Below, piece after piece: positions 39,108-50,945 of a DNA stretch of 64,000 nucleotides. The position numbers were made by a program, and so were the translations under genes. Positions within the stretch are counted from its first letter, which is position 1; every line of letters starts with the position of its first letter. The stretch comes from Octopus sinensis (Eukaryota). Location of the stretch: the NCBI RefSeq assembly GCF_006345805.1, contig NC_043016.1, forward strand, positions 9,858,001 through 9,922,000. The letters run 5' to 3'. The notes under the pieces are model-generated. The model had not been told where the DNA came from. It made no database searches and saw only the letters and a program-made list of their open reading frames with translations.

Positions 39108-39653
39108 GTTTTAACCAATAATCTCGGAAATGAATTAGGATTTTTAAAATCGGAAGAAAAGTTAGACAAATGTAGTTCCACAGAATTAAATTTCGAAGAA
39201 TATTTGAAACTGCTAAAATCAGAAGTTTTTACTGACAGTCATTTAAGTTTCACACCAAAAGCAGAATCTATCAAAGAAATATGTTGGATACTTTGCAAGA
39301 ATAAAGTCTGGGAATTTCCTGATCAGCCTAAACTGAAATCTTCCGATGCTTTCACACTCTGGAAGCTGTTCAATTTTCTAAGTGAGAGAGATGAAAACGG
39401 GCAATACATGTTACCTTTGTCGGTGGACAGAGCTGAGATTGAACACTTGTTTGATCGGTTTGGTCATGTTACTGGTCAACGACCAGACCAGAAATCTATG
39501 GAAGGTGCATTAAATAAAGAAAGTGAAAGATTTCTTTTCCCAAAATTACTCAGCCTTTTTCAGAATCAATATCTTAATAGGCTGGTAGATGATGAAATAT
39601 CGATGGGATTAAATGAAATTTATGACGAACTCATTAAGGATGTTATGAAAAAG
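39108..39653 (+). CDS. SWAP70: Internal coding exon (182 codons) of a SWAP70/DEF6-family protein, covering the region between the N-terminal EF-hand-like segment and the PH domain
   Basis: Polypyrimidine tract and AG acceptor (ttttttcttgcaag, ends 39107); donor AAG/GTATGT at 39653/39654; open frame, phase 0 at both ends. The peptide VLTNNLG...EICWILCKNK...DAFTLWKLFNFLSE...LPLSVDRAEIEHL...ISMGLNEIYDELIKDVMKK matches, from memory, human SWAP70 VLSHNL...RMCWTLCVKK...DAFKIWVIFNFLSE...YPLIIVSEEIEYL...VSMAINEVFNELILDVLKQ. SWAP70 versus DEF6 orthology cannot be resolved here. Confidence 0.9.
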
Positions 39654-39830
39654 GTATGTATGTTTATATATATATATATTTTTTTTTTTAATGCATGTTG
39701 TGCTCATGTCAAAATCGTAGGTTCAATTTCTGTATCGGGTGGCAAATTGTGTCTTGAGCAAAGTACTTTGTGTCACATTAGTCCAGTTTACTCAACTCAA
39801 AGAAGAGTTTCCTATCAAGTGCTAGAACTG

Positions 39831-42800
39831 TCCTCTCTCTCTTTCTTTCTGTCTCTATTTCTTTCTGTCTTTCTCTCTTTCTTTCTGTCACTGTCTTTCT
39901 CTATTTCTTTCTGTCTCTGTCTTTCTCACTTTCTGTCTCTGTCTTTCTCTCTTTCTTTGTCACTGTCTTTCTCTCTATCTATCTTTATGTATATGTCTTT
40001 ATATCTTTCTATGTCTTTCTCTATTTCTGTCTATCACTGTCTTTCTTCTGTTTCTGTATTGTATTTCTTTCTTCTGTCTCTGTATTATATATTTCTGTAT
40101 GTAACTGTCTTTCTTTTTCTGTCTCTGTCTTATCTATTTCTTTCTGTCTCTGTATTTCTCTCTTTATTTCTGTCTGTATTTATTATTTATGTATCTGTCA
40201 CTGTATTTCTATCTCTCTCTTTATGTCTCTGTCTTCCTCTCTTTCTATATCTGTATTCTCTATTTAGTCTGTCAATGTCTTTATATATTTCTGTATGTCA
40301 CTGTCTTTATTTATTAGTATCTGTCTTTCTCTCTTTCTTCTGTATCTGTATTCTCTATTTCTGTCTGTCACTGTTTTTCTTTCTTTATGTATCTGTTCTT
40401 TCTATATTTATTTATGTCTATGTATTTATCTTTATTATGTATAGTATTTATATCTATTTTTTTGTCTGTATTCTCTATTTATGTATGTCACTGTCCTATA
40501 TATCTCTTTATGTCTATGTCTTTCTCTCTTATATATCTGTTTCTCTATTTCTGTCTGTCACTGTCTTTATCTATTTCTGTATGTCACTGTCTTTATTCTT
40601 TTGTTATCTGTATTCTATCTTTTTTCTTTCTGTCTATGTCTTTATCTATTTCTGTCTGTCACTGTCCTTATCTATCTCTATCTTTCCGTCTCTGTATTCC
40701 TCTATTCTATATCTGTCTTTATATATTTATGTATGTCACTGTCTTTCTATCTATCTCTTTATGTCTATGTATTTATCGATTTATTTTGTATGTATTTATC
40801 TATTTATGTATGTAACTGTCTTCTCTCTCATCTTTATGTATATGTATTTATATCTTATATATATGTATTATATATTATGTCGGAACTGTATTTATCTATT
40901 TATGTCTGTCAATGTATTTATTTATTATGTCTATGTCTTTATATATTTATGTATGTAAATGTCATTATATATCATATATTTTGTCTATGTATTTATATAT
41001 TTCTATATATGTATTTCTATATTTATGTCTGTAAATGTATTTATTTATTTATTTATGTATTTATCTATTTATGTATGTAAATGTATTTATTATATATTTT
41101 TGTATTTTTGTATTTACTATTTATTTGTATTATATCTCTATTTTCTGTCATGTATTCTATCTTTATTTATGTATCTGTCTTTATATATTTATGTATGTCA
41201 ATGTCTTTATTTCTATATTTTTGTATTTTGTCTTTATATATTATTTGTATTTATATCTTTATTTATGTAATGTATTTATATATATATTTCTGTAAATGTA
41301 TTTCTATCTATATTTATGTAAATGTATTTCTATATCTATTTATGTAACTGTTTATCTCATTTATTTTGTCAATGTATTTATATATTTCTTTATGTATATG
41401 TATTTATATATTTATGTATGTAAATGTCTTATTTATCTATTTTTGTATTTTGTATTTATATATTTATTTATGTAAATGTATTTATATATTATTTCTGTAT
41501 GTATTTCTATCTCTATTTCTGTCTATCTTTATTTCTGTATTTATATATCTTTATGTCTATATATCTATTTCTGTATATGTCTTTATCTATTTATTTATGT
41601 AAATGTATTTATATATTTATTTATATATGTATTATATATTTATGTCTGTAACTGTATTTATTTATCTATTTTTGTTTTTTGTCTTTCTCTATTTTCTTTG
41701 TATTAATATTTCTTTCTGTAAATGTATTTATCTATATATTTATGTAAATGTATTTCTATATTTATTTATGTATATGTATTTATATATTTATGTCTGTAAT
41801 GTATCTTATATATTTTTTGTCTTTATCTCTTTCTTTGTATTTATATATTTATTTATGTAAATGTATTATCTATATTCTTTCTGTATATGTCTTTCTATAT
41901 ATATTTCTGTATCTGTATTTATCTCTTTATTTATGTAACTGTATTTATATATTTCTTTCTGTATCTGTCTTTCTATATTTATGTATGTAACTGTATTTAT
42001 TATCTATTTTTGTATTTTTGTGTTTTCTATCTTTTTGTATTTATATAATGTCTTTATATTTTCTATGTATTTCTATATTTATTTATGTATGAAATGTATT
42101 ATTATCTATTTTTGTTTTTGTATTTATATATTTCTTGTCTTTCTCTATCTTATTTTATGTATATGTATTTCTATCTATTTCTGTATATCTTTATTTATGT
42201 ATTTATATATTTATGTCTATATCTCTATTATGTCTCTGTATTTATCTCTCTCTTTTATGTATATGTCTTTATATATTTATTTCTGTAAATGTATTTCTCT
42301 ATTTTATTCTGTCTATATCTGTTTCTCTATTATGTCTGTCAATGTCTTTCTTTCTCTTTTGTCTTTTTGTATTCTCTCTTTCTTTGTCTTTTATCTCTTT
42401 CTTTGTACTGTCTTTCTATTCATTTATGTAACTGTCTTTCTCTCTTTCTTTCTGTCTCTGTATTTATTATTTCTGTCTGTCACTGTATTTCTTTATCTCT
42501 TTTTGTCTTTTTGTATTTCTCTCTTTCTTTGTCTTTCTATCTCTCTTTTGTATCGTCTTTCTCTATATCTTTCTGTATCTATTTCTTTCTGTCTTTCTCT
42601 ATCTTTTGTCTCTCTCTCTCTTTCTGTCTCTGTCTTCCTATCTTTCTATCTATGTCTTTCTATATATGTATGTCACTGTCTTTCTATATTCTGTCTGTCA
42701 CTGTCTTTCTTTTTATTTGTCTCTGTATTCTCTATTTTTTTCTGTCTCTGTCTTTCTCTATTTCTGTCTGTCACTGTTTCTTTATTTCTGTCTCTGTATT

Positions 42801-45800
42801 ATCTCTTTCTTTCTGTCTCTGTCTTTCTCTCTTTCTTTCTGTCTCTGTCTTTCTCTCTTTCTTTCTGTCTGTCTTTCTCTATTTCTGTCTGTCACTGTCC
42901 TTCTCTCTCTCTTTCTGTCTCTGTCTTTCTCTCTTTCTATCTCTGTCTTTCTCTATTTCTGTCTGTCACTGTCTTTCTCTATTTCTGTCTGTCACTGTCT
43001 TTCTTTCTTTCTGTCTCTGTCTTTCTCTCTTTCTTTCTTTCTGTCTCTGTCTTTCTCTATTTCTGTCTGTCACTGTCCTTCTCTCTCTCTCTCTTTCCGT
43101 CTCTGTCTTCCTCTCTTTCTATCTCTGTCTTTCTCTATTTCTGTCTGTCACTGTCTTTCTCTCTCTCTCTTTCTGTCTCTGTCTTTCTCGCTTTCTTTCT
43201 GTCTGTCTTTCTCTATTTCTGTCTGTCACTGTCCTTCTCTCTCTTTCTGTCTGTCTTTCTCTCTTTATATCTATGTCTTTCTCTATTTCTGTATGTCACT
43301 GTCTTTATCTATTTGTCTGAACTGTCTTTCTTCTTTCTGTATGTCTTTCTATATTTCTGTATGTAATGTCTTCTATCTCTCTCTTTATGTCTCTGTATTT
43401 CTCTCTTTATATATCTGTATTTCTATATTATGTCTGTAAATGTATTTATTTATTTATTTATGTATTTATCTATTCTGTTGTCAATGTATTTATTTCTATC
43501 TTTTTGTATTTTTGTCTTTCTCTATTTATTTGTCTTTCTCTCTCTCTTTCTGTAAATGTATTTCTCTATTTATTATGTATCTGTCTTTCTATATTTCTGT
43601 CTGTAACTGTATTTATTCATCTTTTTGTATTTTGTCTTTCTCTATTTTTGTCTTTCTATCTTTTTTTCTGTAACTGTGTCTCTATCTATCTTTCTGTCAC
43701 TGTATTTTCTCTCTATCTTTATGTCAATGTCTTTATATCTATATTCTGTAAATGTATTATCTATTTCTTTATGTAATGTATTTCTATCTTATTTATGTCT
43801 ATGTATTTATATATTCTGTCTGTCAATGTATTCTTTCTCTCTTTTTGTTTTTTGTCTTTCTCTCTTTCTTTCTGTCACTGTCTTTCTCTATTCTTTCTGT
43901 CTGTATTCTATATCTATTCTGTATCTATTTCTTTTATGTCTTTATATATCTTTATGTCTCTATCTCTCTTTCTGTCTCTGTCTTTCTCTCTTTCTTTTGT
44001 CCCTGTCTTTCTCTCTTTCTTTCTATCTGTATTCTCTATTTAGTCTGTAACTGTCTTTCTTTCTCTATTTTTGTATTTTTGTCTTTCTCTCTTTATTTGT
44101 CTTTCTATCTTTATTTCTGTACTGTCTTTCTCTCTCTCTTTATGTCCCTGTCTTCTCTTTATTTCTGTCTCTGTCTTTCTCTATTTATGTATGTACTGTC
44201 TTTTTATATCTTTTTGTATTCTCTATTTATTGTATTTCTCTCTTTCTTTCTGTAAATGTTTTTCTATCTCTTTATGTCTCTGTCTTTATCTCTCTCTTCT
44301 GTCTCTGTCTTTCTATCTTTCTTTCTGTCCCTGTCTTTCTCTCTTTCTTTCTGTCTCTGTCTTTCTTATTCTGTCTGTCACTGTCTTTATTTCTCTTTTT
44401 GTCTTTTTCTTTCTATCTTTCTTTGTCTTTCTCTCAATGTCTTTCTCTCTTTCTTTCTGTCTCTGTCTTTCTCTATTTTGTCTGTCACTGTCTTTTTTTT
44501 CTCTTTTTGTATTTTTGTATTTCTCTCTTTCTTTGTCTTTCTCTCTCTCTTTCTGTCTCTGTATTTCTATCTCTATTTCTGTCTCTCTTTCTTTCTGTTC
44601 TTCTCATCTTTTCTGTATCTCTCTCTCTTTCTGTCTCTGTCTTTCTCTCTCTCTTCTGTCTCTGTCTTTCTCTCTTTTTCTGTCCCTGTCTTTCTCTCTT
44701 TCTTTCTGTCTCTGTTTCTCTATTTCTGTCTGTAAATGTCTTTATTTCTTTTTGTCTTTTTGTCTTTCTCTTTCTTTGTCTTTCTCTCTTTCTTTCTGTT
44801 ACTGTCTTTCTCTTTCTCTTTCTGTCACTGTCTTTCTCTTTCTTTTGTCTCTGTATTCTCTATTTCTGTCTGTCACTGTCTTTCTTTCTCTCTTTTTGTC
44901 TTTTTGTCTTTCTCTCTTTCTTTGTCTTTCTCTCTCTCTTTCTGTCTCTGTCTTTCTCTCTCTCTTTCTGTCTCTCTTTCTTTCTGTCTTTCTCTCTCTT
45001 TCTGTCTCTCTCTCTCTTTCTGTCTCTGTCTTTCTCTCTCTCTTTCTGTCTCTGTCTTTCTCTCTTTCTTTCTGTCCCTGTCTTTCTCTCTTTCTTTCTG
45101 TCTCTGTCTTTCTCTATTTCTGTCTGTCACTGTCTTTCTTTCTCTTTTTGTCTTTTTGTCTTTCTCTCTTTCTTTGTCTTTCTCTCTTTCTTTCTGTTAC
45201 TGTCTTTCTCTTTCTCTTTCTGTCACTGTCTTTCTCTCTTTCTTTCTGTCTCTGTCTTTCTCTATTTCTGTCTGTCACTGTCTTTCTTTCTCTCTTTTTG
45301 TCTTTTTGTCTTTCTCTCTTTCTTTGTCTTTCTCTCTTTCTTTCTGTCACTGTCTTTCTCTCTCTTTCTGTCTCTCTTTCTTTGTCTTTCTCTCTCTTTC
45401 TGTCTCTGTCTTTCTCTCTCTCTTTCTGTCTCTGTCTTTCTCTTTCATTCTGTCCATGTCTTTCTCTCTTTCTTTCTGTCCCTGTCTTTCTCTCTTTCTT
45501 TCTGTCCCTGTCTTTCTCTCTTTCTTTCTGTCTCTGTCTTTCTCTATTTCTGTCTGTCACTGTCTTTCTTTCTCTCTTTTTGTCTTTTTGTCTTTCTCTC
45601 TTTCTTTGTCTTTCTCTCTTTCTTTCTGTCACTGTCTTTCTCTCTCTCTTTCTGTCCCTGTCTTTCTCTCTTTCTTTCTGTCTCTGTCTTTCTCTATTTC
45701 TGTCTGTCACTGTCTTTCTTTCTCTCTTTTTGTCTTTTTGTCTTTCTCTCTTTCTTTCTGTCACTGTCTTTCTCTCTCTCTTTCTGTCTCTGTCTTTCTC

Positions 45801-45940
45801 TCTCTCTTTCTGTCTCTCTCTCTATCTGTCTCTGTCTTTCTCTCTCTCTTTCTGTCTCTGTCTTTCTCTCTTTCTTTCTGTCTCTGTCTTTCTCTCTCTC
45901 TTTCTGTCTCTGTCTTTCTCTCTGTCTCTCTCTCTCTTTC
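39831..45940. repeat. About 6.1-kb pyrimidine-rich satellite (tctc/tctg/tttc/tgtcac units), followed by (AAAT)n
   Basis: Seen directly; the central part has C replaced by A. Confidence 0.95.
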
Positions 45941-46389
45941 AATAAATAAATAAATAAATAAATAAATAGAAATATTGTACCATCATAACATCTAAATACT
46001 GGAGAAACAGAATTGAATATCTTTTTTTCTTTATTATCATTTTTACCAAACGTATTTTTATGTCACGTGAAATGCCGTAACAGCATAAGAATGAGGTTTG
46101 GAAATTCTTTTTTTTTATTTTATTTATTTTTTATTTTATTCCATTAAACCCAGCAACTTATATCACGCAATTTCACTTTTTGGTTCTTTTTATTCTTCCA
46201 TTCAATTCATTTTATTTTATTTTTGTTTCATCATCTTACACATGTTTAGTGTTTTCACAACCTAGTTTCCAATGATCTATCACCCCTGAGTCATCTAATT
46301 TAAATCTGCTGCACCCTCAGATTTTATATGTGTGTGTGTGTGTGTGTGTAATTATATATATATATATATTGTCTCTGTTTGTGTGAGTG

Positions 46390-46781
46390 AGGTGCAGGAG
46401 TGGCTGTGTGGTAAGTAGCTTGCTAAACAACCACATGGTTCCGGGTTCAGTCCCACTGCGTGGCATCTTGGGCAAGTGTCTTCTGCTATAGCCCCGGGCC
46501 GACCAATGCCTTGTGAGTGGATTTGGTAGACGGAAACTGAAAGAAGCCTGTCGTATATATGTATATATATATATGTGTCTGTGTTTGTCCCCCTACCATT
46601 GCTTGACAGCCGATGCTAGTGTGTTTACGTCCCCGTTACTTATCGGTTCGGCAAAAGAGACCGATAGAATAAGTACTAGGCTTACAAAAGAATAAGTCCC
46701 GGGGTCGATTTGCTCGACTAAAGGCGGTGCTCCAGCATGGCCGCAGTCAAATGACTGAAACAAGTAAAAGAGTAAAGAGTA
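46390..46781 (+). mobile_element. SINE family A, full length, with a long TSD
   Basis: Flanked by atatatattgtctctgttt(g/c)tgtgagtgag on both sides. Confidence 0.92.
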
Positions 46782-46974
46782 TATATATTGTCTCTGTTTC
46801 TGTGAGTGAGTGCACATGTGTGTGTGTGTGTGTTAGAATTCTTAGCTGTTCTTTAACCCTAGGTTGATCCATCCCATATGGAGCAGCAAACTCATAAATC
46901 TAAGTACTGGTTCGATCTATTCTTTCATTTCTTTTGAATCCATAATTACATTTTTTTATTTATTTATTTATTTT

Positions 46975-47335
46975 TTTTTTTACTTGTTTCGGTCATTTGA
47001 CTGCAGCCATGCTGGAGCACCATCTTGAAAGGTTTTAGTCTAACAGATCAACCCAAGGATTTATTTAAGTCTTATACTTATTCTGTTAGACTCTGTTCCT
47101 GAACTGCTAAGTTATGGGGGATGTAAACAAACCAACATTGTCTGTGTTTGTCCCCTCCACCATCACTTGATAATTTATGTTGGCGTGTTTATGTCCCTTA
47201 AACTTGGCGGTTTGGCAAAAGAGACCAACAGAATAAGTACTAGGCTTACAAAGAATAAGTCCTGGGGTCAGTTTGCTCGACTAAAGGTGGTGCCCCAGCA
47301 TGGCCGCAGTCAAATGACTGAAGTGTGTGAAAGAG
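46975..47335. mobile_element. Two SINE A 3' halves fused in inverted orientation
   Basis: Minus-strand tail (ttcggtcatttgactgcagccatgctggagcacc) joined at about 47140 to a plus-strand tail (ggtgccccagcatggccgcagtcaaatgactgaa). Confidence 0.8.
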
Positions 47336-47924
47336 TAAGAGCATTGGTGTTGACTTGAAGCTGATGGCCCAGCATGGCAGCAAATACAGTGACTGGAACA
47401 ATTAAAAAAATATATCATTTGAGGGTATATTTTGTCTGCTACTTCTAGCATGTGTGAGCAGCCATAAGGTTTCCCCCATTACTTTCTGGCAAGTTTGTTT
47501 GTTGTTTTTTTTTTTTTTTGTTAACCTTAGGTCAACCCTGGTCAAAAAGACTTACTAGTGGGCTGTGATAATTGCAAAAGTAGGTGGACAAATTGCTATG
47601 AGTTTGTTACCTTTTTTTGATACAAACTTGCTTGTGGCCATCCTGTGTTTTATTATCAAACTTCCTGTTATTATCCTGTATATTTTCGTTCAGAGATGTC
47701 TAGTAAATACATATTTGAACAAAAATATACATTCACTGTACTCTTGAGGTATCTGTCACTTATTTCTAACCTGAAATACTTCGTTCACGATGTTATTCTC
47801 ATTTTCTGTCATTAACGATCAGTAACTATCATTTCTACCAGTAGCTTCATAATAAATCAGAACTGATCCAAAATAATGTGTGTACTTATTCTTCTTTATA
47901 TAATTCTTTATTTTTGAATCTGTA

Positions 47925-48382
47925 TTACTCTTACTCTTTTACTTGTTTCAGTCATTTGACTATGGCCATGCTGGAGCACTGCCTTTAGTCGAGCAAATCG
48001 ACCCCGGGACTTATTCTTTTTGTAAGCCCAGTACTTATTTTATCGGTCTCTTTTGCCGAACCGCTAGGTGACGGGGACGTAACACACAAGCATCGGTTGT
48101 CAAACAATGCTAGGGAGACAAACACAAACATATATATATATATATATTATATATATATATATATTATATATATATATAATATATATATTATTATATATAT
48201 ATATAATATATATATATACGACAGGCTTCTTTCAGTTTCCGTCTACCAAATCCATTCACAAGGCATTGGTCGGCCCAGGGCTATAACAGAAGACACTTGC
48301 CCAAGATGCCACGCAATGGGACTGAACCCAGAACCATGTGGTTGGTTAGCAAGCTACTTACCACACAGCCACTCCTGCGCCT
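47925..48382 (-). mobile_element. SINE family A, full length, young
   Basis: Closely matches the reverse complement of 36344-36738 and 46390-46781. Confidence 0.92.
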
Positions 48383-48796
48383 ATATATTTTTTTTTGCAT
48401 GGAAACTAAACTAAAAAAAAAAATTGTATGTTAAGAGGTTAAAGTAATCTGAATTTTAAAACTTCCTATCAAAATTTCACATTAATTTATTTTCCAAAAA
48501 ATCAGCTTGACCTTTTAGTATTTAAACTGACTTTATCTGGCCCAAATATTCTACATGCTCCATTTTCAAGCCAGTCAGATCTAACCTCTCACGCCTACCC
48601 TACCATGTTATTCTAAAGATAAGTGATAACTTCATCGAAATCTCAGTTACGAGATAATGCAGGATTTATTCAAAACAAATGTGAATAAACAAGCATTACA
48701 TTTTGACTGGATAATCTGAAGCTAAAGAGTTAATAGTCACTTATTTTACTAAATTCTTCATTTCCAAATAATCCGTTATTTTCAAATAATCTCTCT

Positions 48797-50362
48797 ATAT
48801 CATATCTTTTACTTTTTTCGGTCTTTGGACTGTGGCCATGCTGGGGCACTACCTTGAAGGGCTTTAGTTGAACAAATCAATCACAGTATATCTTTTATCT
48901 TTGACTTGTTTCAGTCATTGGACTGTGGCCATGCTGGGGCACCACCTTGAAGGGTTTTAGTTGAACAAATCAATCCCAGTATATCTTTTATCTTTTACTT
49001 GTTCAGTCATTGGACTGTGGCCATGCTGGGGCACCACCTTGAAGGGTTTTAGTTGAACAAATCAATCCCAGTATATCTTTTATCTTTTACTTGTTTCAGT
49101 CATGGACTGTGGCCATGCTGGGGCACCACCTTGAAGGGTTTTAATTGAACAAATCAATCCCAGTATATCTTTTATCTTTTACTTGTTTCAGTCATTGGAC
49201 TGTGGCCATGCTGGGGCACCACCTTGAAGGGCTTTAGTTGAACAAATCAATCCCAGTATATCTTTTATCTTTTACTTGTTTCAGTCATGGACTGTGGCCA
49301 TGCTGGGGCACCACCTTGAAGGGCTTTAGTTAACAAATCAATCCAGTATATCTTTTATCTTTTACTTGTTTCAGTCATTGGACTGTGGCCATGCTGGGGC
49401 ACCACCTTGAAGGGTTTTAATTGAACAACACAATCCCAGTATATCTTTTATCTTTCACTTGTTTCAGTCATTGGACTGTGGCCATGCTGGGGCACCACCT
49501 TGAAGGGTTTTAATTGAACAAATCAATCCCAGTATATCTTTTATCTTTTACTAGTTTCAGTCATTGGACTGTGGCCATGCTGGGGCAGCACCTTGAAGGG
49601 TTTTAGTTGAACAAATCAATCCCAGTATATCTTTTATCTTTTACTAGTTTCAGTCATTGGACTGTGGCCATGCTGGGGCACCACCTTGAAGGGCTTTAGT
49701 TGAACAAATCAATCACAGTATATCTTTTATCTTTTACTAGTTTCAGTCATTGGACTGTGGCCATGCTGGGGCACTACCTTGAAGGGCTTTAGTTGAACAA
49801 ATCAATCACAGTATATCTTTTATCTTTTACTAGTTTCAGTCATTGGACTGTGGCCATGCTGGGGCACTACCTTGAAGGGCTTTAGTTGAACAAATCAATC
49901 ACAGTATATCTTTTATCTTTTACTTGTTTCAGTCATTGGACTGTGGCCATGCTGGGGCACCACCTTGAAGGGTTTTAGTTGAACAAATCAATCACAGTAT
50001 ATCTTTTATCTTTTACTTGTTTCAGTCATTGGACTGTGGCCATGCTGGGGCACCACCTTGAAGGGTTTTACTTCAACAGATCAATCCCAGTATATCTTTT
50101 ATCTTTTACTTGTTTCAATCATTGGACTGTGGCCATGCTGGGGCACCACCTTGAAGGGTTTTAGTTGAACAAATCAATCTTAGTATATCTTTTACTTGTT
50201 TCTGTCATTGGACTGTGGCCATGCTGGGGCACCACCTTGAAGGGTTTTAGTTGAACAAATCAATCCCAGTATATCTTTTACTTGTTTCTGTCATTGGACT
50301 GTGACCATGCTGGGGCACTACCTTGAAGGCTTTTAGATGAACAAATCAATCCTAGTATATCT
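48797..50362 (-). repeat. Tandem array of 17 units of about 93 bp derived from the SINE A 3' tail
   Basis: ggccatg (gaccatg in the last unit) recurs at spacings of 91-93 nt, the last two 86 nt; unit atcttttacttgtttcagtcattggactgtggccatgctggggcaccaccttgaagggttttagttgaacaaatcaatcccagtatatctttt. Confidence 0.95.
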
Positions 50363-50379
50363 TGTTTTACACATTAGAT

Positions 50380-50670
50380 TGAAAGAATTTAGTCTAACAG
50401 ATCAACCCCAGGATTTATTTAAGTCTTATACTCGTCCTGTCAGATTCTGTTCCTGAACTGCTAAGTTATGGGGATGTAAACAAACCAACATTGTTTGTCA
50501 AGTAGTGTTGGGTGGATGTACAAGCACACACATGCACACACACACATACACACACACACACACACTTCTATATATATGGCAGGCTTCTTCAGTTTCCATC
50601 TACCAATATATAACTCGCAAGGCAATGGTCAGCATGGGGCTATAGTAGATGACTTGGCTTAGGTGCTGTG
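50380..50670 (-). mobile_element. Remainder of the SINE A copy whose tail seeded the array
   Basis: ttagtctaacagatcaacccc...gaactgctaagttatggggatgtaaac...(CA)n...ggcttcttcagtttccatctacc. Confidence 0.75.
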
Positions 50671-50785
50671 GAAACTATTTGCTTGTTACCACAAAAAGAG
50701 ATAAATATCTCAGTATCACGATACGATGGAAAGATGGCTGACCAGAAATACTAACTTCAATGCAACAAAGAACATAGCAATATGA

Positions 50786-50945
50786 TATCATCATCATCAT
50801 CATCGTCTAGCGTTCGCTTTCCATGCTAGCAGGGGTTGGACGGTTCAACTGGGGTCTGGGAAGCCAGAAGGCTGCACAAGGCCCAGTTTGATCTGGCAAT
50901 GTTTCTACAGCTGGATGCCCTTCCTAACGCCAACCACTCCATGAG
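50786..50945 (-). mobile_element. RTE-type 3' tail element (family C)
   Basis: (CAT)n...ccatgctagcaggggttggacgg...ggatgcccttcctaacgccaaccac. Confidence 0.75.

Noticed and set aside
38958-40958. 666-aa ORF as a complete membrane protein
   Set aside because: Only 39108-39653 is protein-like and bounded by splice sites. The N-terminal part is SINE-derived and polypyrimidine sequence, and the F/L/S/Y-rich tail is satellite read-through.
40387-45953. Many long F/L/S/C or R/E/K ORFs
   Set aside because: Translations of the CT satellite, open in several frames because the repeat lacks stops.
48797-50362. CRISPR-like regular array
   Set aside because: No unique spacers, the unit is a SINE tail, the context is eukaryotic and no cas genes are present.
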